Origin: a virus
Lineage: Duplodnaviria; Caudoviricetes
DNA length: 30,136 nt
Reading direction: 5' to 3' (one strand)
IMG/VR virus record: IMGVR_UViG_3300020045_000321
Coordinates: 1-30,136 of that record
The notes beneath the pieces are model-generated. The model worked only from the letters and a program-made list of their open reading frames with translations, did no database searches and had not been told where the DNA came from. Each line of letters starts with the position of its first letter. Within the stretch, counting starts at the first letter, position 1. The translations under genes and the position numbers were made by a program. Of the stretch, positions 25,081-30,136 are shown piece after piece.

Positions 25081-25331
25081 CGGAATATCAGTATAAAAGC
25101 TGCTGCTAATAAACCGCCCATGCATGTAGCCACAAAGTCCCAAACATCACAAGTATGTTTATCTGGATGATAGTCATCATAAGCCTCTTTTGCTACTGCT
25201 AAGAGAGCACACACTAGTAACGCAAGGGAAAGAGACTTACCTGCAAAAACTAGGGCAAACACAACAACAGAGCCACTGAGGGCATGGGCTTGTTTGTCAA
25301 GAGGGATTTTAAAAAGGTTTGTTATTTTCAT
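25077..25331 (-). CDS. Small multi-TM membrane protein (VanZ-like pattern)
   Basis: DKQAH...AKEAYD...DVWDFVAT.MGG with three hydrophobic segments. Confidence 0.65.
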   Translation of the reverse strand: MKITNLFKIPLDKQAHALSGSVVVFALVFAGKSLSLALLVCALLAVAKEAYDDYHPDKHTCDVWDFVATCMGGLLAAAFILIFR

Positions 25332-25717
25332 GATTCAGGCCTTAGGTCTAGTCCAGAACCTAATGAAATTGAAAGGGGATCTTTGTCTATCCAAAGAGTT
25401 TCTTCTGCATACGATCCTATAGAGGCATCTAAACCAGCACGAGCACAATCTGCTGTGCCTATGTCTGCCTTACCCACAATCTCACGGACTGAGCAGATAT
25501 TACTAAGATAGACATCAGCAACAGGATAAGGACGGGAGAACTCTACGGTAATCTTTTCCTTTTGTACACGAAGGAAGTCCGATGGATGACGGTTCTCGAA
25601 GTCTTCTTTACAGACCATGAGACCATCCCACCGGCGTTGTAGGTCTAGCGCCTTAAACTTACGACCACATGAATCACACAACGCATTCCAGTTACCCGGT
25701 ATTAAATGATTACGCAT
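25328..25717 (-). CDS. Conserved phage protein with a Cys-containing N-terminal domain
   Basis: WNALCDSCGRKF...WDGLMVC..DFE.RHP. Confidence 0.7.
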   Translation of the reverse strand: MRNHLIPGNWNALCDSCGRKFKALDLQRRWDGLMVCKEDFENRHPSDFLRVQKEKITVEFSRPYPVADVYLSNICSVREIVGKADIGTADCARAGLDASIGSYAEETLWIDKDPLSISLGSGLDLRPES

Positions 25718-25720
25718 ATT

Positions 25721-26332
25721 TTACATTCCCATACCAGTCAAGGCCCGCCACGCTGGTGTTACTGTTTGGACAGCAGTTCCTTGTATTGGAGCAGTTCCAG
25801 AAAATTGAACTGAACCATTCATAGTAGAAACACGAATTTTAGTAGTAGCACCAGTACCTCCAAATACAACAGTTCCAGTAGAAACCAATACTCTTGTCTG
25901 TAAGGGAATACTAGTCCCGCTAAACACAAACGAACCTGATGTAGGCTGTAGTCGTGTACGCAAAAGATTCTGTGTACCAGATAAGGTAAAAGAACCGGTT
26001 GGGCTTATTGTGTAAATGGTTCCGACGCTACCAGCAACAAAAGTAATTGGTGCAATACCTTGGTAAACAAGAATTCCTCCGTAAGAAAGAACCCGTGTTT
26101 GTATTTGTAAAGCAGTCCCAGAAAAGACTAGAGTTCCAGAAGCAGGTGTTAACCGTTGTCGTAGAAGTAAAGCATTTCCTGTAAATAAGATAGAGCCACT
26201 AGGAGTAATGATATAGATACCACTACTACTTGTATCAACAATCTCGGTATCAAACCAAGCTGCTTTTTGTAATTCTGCGTCAAACCAAGCATCTTGTCTC
26301 AGCTCTCCATCAAACCAGCCGAGTAGTGCCAT
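25721..26332 (-). CDS. Repeat-containing virion protein (fibre-like)
   Basis: Three WFDxE repeats followed by seven approximately 20-aa G-x-hydrophobic-x-aromatic/hydrophobic-x-G repeats. Confidence 0.6.
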   Translation of the reverse strand: MALLGWFDGELRQDAWFDAELQKAAWFDTEIVDTSSSGIYIITPSGSILFTGNALLLRQRLTPASGTLVFSGTALQIQTRVLSYGGILVYQGIAPITFVAGSVGTIYTISPTGSFTLSGTQNLLRTRLQPTSGSFVFSGTSIPLQTRVLVSTGTVVFGGTGATTKIRVSTMNGSVQFSGTAPIQGTAVQTVTPAWRALTGMGM

Positions 26333-26334
26333 AC

Positions 26335-26502
26335 TTAACCCCTAGTGAATATCAGACCATCGTATAACCACCCTAAGGACTCTTCTCCTGTTTGCTCTAG
26401 TAGCAGATACTCAGGATACATCTCAGCGGTAGTTTGTATTTGATCTGGTGTAATACTGACACATAAAACTACCACACCAGCATCTACACCAATCAAGATC
26501 AT
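26335..26502 (-). CDS. Small protein (55 aa), possible fibre assembly chaperone
   Basis: Read manually: MILIGVDAG...LGWLYDGLIFTRG; GWxYDGxxF resembles tail fibre assembly proteins; fills the gap exactly. Confidence 0.65.
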   Translation of the reverse strand: MILIGVDAGVVVLCVSITPDQIQTTAEMYPEYLLLEQTGEESLGWLYDGLIFTRG

Positions 26503-26503
26503 A

Positions 26504-27691
26504 TTATTTTTCCATTACAGCGAGGGAACCACTAAAGAAGGTTGCCGTAGCAGCACTACATAGAATGTTGTGGAGCATACAAGTACCATTATATAAACGG
26601 ATGCCGGGTGAACCAATCAGTTTTGGAGTAGAGACGTTTACCACAGCAGTGCCGATGGTGGAAATATCACGACAGATCATCAGGCTAATAGCACCAGTCA
26701 ACAATGTTGTTGTTAGGGTACAACTCTGAATAGACTGGACACCAGTATCACCAGCAGCGAGTTGGAACCAAATGATAGTACCTACAACTGCCGTAGCGGG
26801 TAGCTGAGAACCAGCAATGGCTGACAACGTGGCAGTTCGACTAGCAACACCTTTGCTATTTGTATAGGTAACTGTGATACCGGCGTTAGCCGCAGCATTG
26901 GTCAAAACTGTTGTTACCAATAGAGCAATTGTACACCCTTCACCGGTAGTAGCACCATTCACATCCCGAGCAGGAAGTGCGGGAGTTGTTATTGCTTGAG
27001 CAGTAGTAGTTGTAACCACAAGACCAGAGTTAACCCACAAGACATCAAAGAAGTCGTTGGTGTGATTAATAGAAGAAGCCATTTCCAACGCAGTAAGGTA
27101 ATTAGCCCCTGTAGCCGCATTAGGAATAGGAATACAACCATAATCAGCAGCCGTAGTACCATCTGTTACTCGACCATTAACACCCGGTGTTCCTACTGCC
27201 CACGCTCCAGGATAACCTGCATCTTTAGACGTACAGTACCAACAACCGATGACATCAGGTGCTGTAGAAGTCTTCATAAATGGAATACTCTTGCCACCAT
27301 AACTACCTAAACCAGCAGCAGGATATTCAGCTCCTTGTGAGTCTCGGTGGACCCAAGAACCATCTTCACGATAGCCCATGTTCTCACCTGGTAGGAGAAT
27401 AAACTGCATTAATTCAACAGAATTTGTACCGTCGAAATGCTCAACACCAACCGTACAAGATGTACCTGCCGAGTTGTTAGTTACATAAATGGCTTTAACA
27501 TTTCGTTGAGTACTTGCTCCCGGACTAGCTACAATAGTAGTAGTTGCTGCTGTAGTAATGCGTGTATTTGTACGAGCTGGGGTAATAGTAGTTCCACTCA
27601 CATCCACATAAGATGTGTGGACCTCAATTGTGGTCGTAGCTGTTCCTGTGATTAGTCGAACAACGTCACTAGTAGATGTAAGTAAAAGCAT
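26504..27691 (-). CDS. Thr/Ala/Gly-rich virion structural protein (395 aa)
   Basis: Beta-rich composition and position in the structural operon. Confidence 0.6.
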   Translation of the reverse strand: MLLLTSTSDVVRLITGTATTTIEVHTSYVDVSGTTITPARTNTRITTAATTTIVASPGASTQRNVKAIYVTNNSAGTSCTVGVEHFDGTNSVELMQFILLPGENMGYREDGSWVHRDSQGAEYPAAGLGSYGGKSIPFMKTSTAPDVIGCWYCTSKDAGYPGAWAVGTPGVNGRVTDGTTAADYGCIPIPNAATGANYLTALEMASSINHTNDFFDVLWVNSGLVVTTTTAQAITTPALPARDVNGATTGEGCTIALLVTTVLTNAAANAGITVTYTNSKGVASRTATLSAIAGSQLPATAVVGTIIWFQLAAGDTGVQSIQSCTLTTTLLTGAISLMICRDISTIGTAVVNVSTPKLIGSPGIRLYNGTCMLHNILCSAATATFFSGSLAVMEK

Positions 27692-27693
27692 GT

Positions 27694-28092
27694 TTAATTG
27701 GCAGAGATTGTGGGAGTAATCTTGACAGCATCCCCACTGTTTGCAATAGCAAATGGTGCAGAAGCATCACGTTCGGACCAAGCCAAGACAGTTGAAACAG
27801 CCTGTGTTACATAATAACCATAGATGTTATTACTAGAAGCACCAGAACAAGTGAAGGTCTGTTGAGCAGAATAAGCAATAGTACCACCACTAGCTGCATT
27901 CCACGTAGCACCAGTCAAGGTAATGGCAGAGTAGCCTGTGAAGGTTGCCTCTGTGTACGTTGCTGTGGTATCTGTGTCAGATGGTGTGATGTTGTTTTGG
28001 TAAAGACGCAAGATCAGGTTCTGAGGAGCAGTCTTATTAACAAGCATCTCTAGTGCTAAGTTTTCACCTACGTCAGGGACATTAAGGGCCAT
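27694..28092 (-). CDS. Putative virion structural protein
   Basis: Likely start MALNVP at 28092; LRLYQNNITP, EATFTGY and IYGYYV motifs. Confidence 0.6.
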   Translation of the reverse strand: MALNVPDVGENLALEMLVNKTAPQNLILRLYQNNITPSDTDTTATYTEATFTGYSAITLTGATWNAASGGTIAYSAQQTFTCSGASSNNIYGYYVTQAVSTVLAWSERDASAPFAIANSGDAVKITPTISAN

Positions 28093-28378
28093 AACCAAGC
28101 TCCAGTGCTTTATCAGCAGAGATCATTCTGCGTTGTGAGGGGATTTCAGGATAACGTGCTTGGCGTAATGTTTCTAACGGAACATTTGCTACACCGATAT
28201 TTTCACCTGTAATCGAATCTGTATAGTGAATTTCACACAAAGTACCAATGGTAAATAGGATGGCAATCTTGTTGCCGTACATTACCCACATACCTGTTCG
28301 CCAACCCTTGACAACACTGTTAGGTTGGGGTGGTACTTTAGGAGACATCCATGTTTTAAGGGATGATAAGATACTCAT
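28082..28378 (-). CDS. Hypothetical protein (98 aa)
   Basis: TAATG coupling to the upstream gene; operon packing. Confidence 0.65.
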   Translation of the reverse strand: MSILSSLKTWMSPKVPPQPNSVVKGWRTGMWVMYGNKIAILFTIGTLCEIHYTDSITGENIGVANVPLETLRQARYPEIPSQRRMISADKALELGYGP

Positions 28379-28713
28379 TACAGGATGATATAATTGATCT
28401 GTACACCAGTCACTGTGGCTACAGAGAGATTGACACTGAGGGCTTCACCTACTGCTGTCTGGAACCAGCCATGTTCATTAAAAGAACAGACCAGACCACC
28501 AGTAGCTCCAAGAGGAAAGGTAGCAGAAATGTCAGTAGCAGAAGAAAGAAACTTGACACTGTTAGCTAGGGTAGTAACAATGGCAACGCTGATAACACGG
28601 ATAGACATACCCGGTTGACCAGCTATAATTTGGGTCGCTCCTAAAGAGGAAGCATTAACAAAAGTATTCTTGATACTCAGGTTTTGTGGCGCTGTGCGCG
28701 TAACATTTGACAT
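28378..28713 (-). CDS. Putative virion structural protein (111 aa)
   Basis: AAGGA RBS; beta-sandwich-like composition. Confidence 0.6.
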   Translation of the reverse strand: MSNVTRTAPQNLSIKNTFVNASSLGATQIIAGQPGMSIRVISVAIVTTLANSVKFLSSATDISATFPLGATGGLVCSFNEHGWFQTAVGEALSVNLSVATVTGVQINYIIL

Positions 28714-28736
28714 TAACTGTCCTTCTAAAGGTGAGT

Positions 28737-28760
28737 AAAAAGGGGCACATGGCCCCCTTT
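28737..28760 (-). terminator. Intrinsic terminator after the capsid and decoration genes
   Basis: The - strand reads AAAGGGGGCCATGTGCCCCTTTTT, 4 nt after the stop of 28765-29229. Confidence 0.75.
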
Positions 28761-28764
28761 AAAT

Positions 28765-29229
28765 TTATCGAACGTAGTAGATCGACAGATACAGTTCACC
28801 AGAAGTTGGTGTACCGGTAGTAGCCAATCCTGCGGCCCATACTTGAATATCGGCAGAGTAGGGGATGTTATAGTTCTGCATAATCCCAATGACTGGGGAC
28901 AGAACAGAGTTAACACCAGCAGCACCAAAGGCAGCGGCATTAGCAGCCATCAGTTGTGCACCACCAGAAGCCGTACCAAGAGCAAGAGTAGCAGCAGAGA
29001 CAGAACCACCAGCAAGCTGTGTTTTGACCCACAACTTCATATCCAAGATCGTAGCATCTGCGGGAAGTACAGCCACAAGAGTATTAGTTGCAGTAGTGAC
29101 TGTAAAGTTAGCAGAGGTAAGTTTAACTACCTTGATAACTACATCCTTAATATTACTCGTTGCTGTTGGGCCTGTACCAGCAGCGGGATCACCGACTGCT
29201 ACTTGACCTTGTACAAAATTAATTGCCAT
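28765..29229 (-). CDS. Putative capsid decoration/cement protein
   Basis: Directly follows the major capsid gene, AAAGGA RBS, terminator downstream; LPADATI...LALGT beta-rich pattern. Confidence 0.65.
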   Translation of the reverse strand: MAINFVQGQVAVGDPAAGTGPTATSNIKDVVIKVVKLTSANFTVTTATNTLVAVLPADATILDMKLWVKTQLAGGSVSAATLALGTASGGAQLMAANAAAFGAAGVNSVLSPVIGIMQNYNIPYSADIQVWAAGLATTGTPTSGELYLSIYYVR

Positions 29230-29306
29230 TTTATTCCTTTAATAGAAACCACCAGCATGAAACACCGCGCTTGCGCCGGGTTCAGAGGCTGGAGGCATAT
29301 TATTTC

Positions 29307-30136
29307 TTAGGCACCAGCCGACCCGTACAAACCTCGCGGATCAGTCCAGCCGAACGAGTAACGAGCGGTAGCCTTGAACTTAGCGTTCTCGGTATCCCAA
29401 TCATTATCCATATCGAACTGATCACCACGACGTTCAAAGTACTTCATACCGTGAGGCACGTTAGTACGGATGAACCAAGCATCGGTATCAGTCAAGAAGT
29501 GGTTAGTGATAACCTTAGGAATAGAACCCAGAGTTTTGATGGCATTCAGATCGTTGTTGTCAGTGCCAACACGACCATCAGTACCAAGAATACGCTTAGC
29601 TTCAAAGATCAACTGGCGAGGAATGATCAACGATTCAGGACGAACCGCAATCAGCAAACCAGCATCATTGGTGAAACCAGCGATGTCGATACAAGCCTGT
29701 TCCAAACTAGCTTCAGACAAGTCCGACGCAGTAGAAATGACGTTAGACCAAGTACCACCTTTAAGGTTGGTGTGGGCGTTGTTCAGAAGGATGGTGCCAT
29801 CACCACCTGTATAACCGGCTGTGAAAGCACGATTGTACACGTTAGCTGCAACAACTTCCTTTGTCTGACGCATGGAGAATGCAAGACCTTGAGCCTTACG
29901 TTGACCAACCACATCATACTGGTCATCTTCCATCATCTCACGAGTGATGATAAAACCGAGAGCAAACACAGCGTGTTGATAACGCGTGATGAATGCTTGT
30001 CGTTCGCTGTCATAAGAGACCGCAGAACCCTCAGGCTTATTCACTGCAAGACCGAAAGAAGAGATACCGACATCTTCTTCAAACGCTTTGCTAGACGAAA
30101 ACTTATCGAAAAGTTTGTCGTATTCTACTTCATACT
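29307..30136 (-). CDS. Major capsid protein, 5' partial
   Basis: KPEG, ITREMMEDDQY, SMRQTKE, LIIP, FLTDTDAWF and ARYSFGWTDPRG motifs; frame open to the window edge. Confidence 0.92.
   Translation of the reverse strand, partial: YEVEYDKLFDKFSSSKAFEEDVGISSFGLAVNKPEGSAVSYDSERQAFITRYQHAVFALGFIITREMMEDDQYDVVGQRKAQGLAFSMRQTKEVVAANVYNRAFTAGYTGGDGTILLNNAHTNLKGGTWSNVISTASDLSEASLEQACIDIAGFTNDAGLLIAVRPESLIIPRQLIFEAKRILGTDGRVGTDNNDLNAIKTLGSIPKVITNHFLTDTDAWFIRTNVPHGMKYFERRGDQFDMDNDWDTENAKFKATARYSFGWTDPRGLYGSAGA

Noticed and set aside
1-30136. CRISPR arrays, tRNAs, integrase, reverse transcriptase/DGR or RNA polymerase genes
   Set aside because: None recognised by eye; tRNAscan-SE and repeat searches would be needed to exclude them formally.

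Overview
This is a 30-kb internal segment of a lytic, podovirus-type tailed phage genome with two convergent arms meeting at a terminator near 12.47 kb. The + arm (1-12.3 kb) is a replication and nucleotide-metabolism module: DnaB-like helicase (5' partial), a family-A DNA polymerase in two separate genes, putative SSB, 5'-3' exonuclease, T7 endonuclease I-like resolvase, metallophosphoesterase, two MazG-like proteins, ThyX and class II ribonucleotide reductase. The - arm (30.1 to 12.5 kb) is a virion and lysis module: major capsid (5' partial), decoration and small structural proteins, beta-helix tailspike, 3-TM holin, P22 gp4/gp10-like tail proteins, three putative ejection proteins and a GH24 lysozyme. 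The layout recalls PaP3/LUZ24/phiEco32-type podoviruses (inference). Three homing-endonuclease-like insertions stand out. (1) A complete group I intron (3670-4459) lies in the polymerase NFPV/QGTGAD motif, with an HNH gene, an internal sigma70 promoter and an RBS-occluding hairpin. (2) An HNH is fused to the first 10 codons of the exonuclease and followed by a second copy of that N-terminus. The copy can reach the exonuclease body only by skipping 5 nt over a UAG, which suggests T4 gene 60-like ribosomal bypassing. (3) An AT-rich EndoVII-type nuclease appears to have captured a neighbour's start codon. Other leads are a cluster of beta-clamp-binding-like motifs in the 1421-aa ejection protein and a GGA-rich, minigene-containing structured RNA between the arms. 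All protein calls rest on motif recognition, not database searches.
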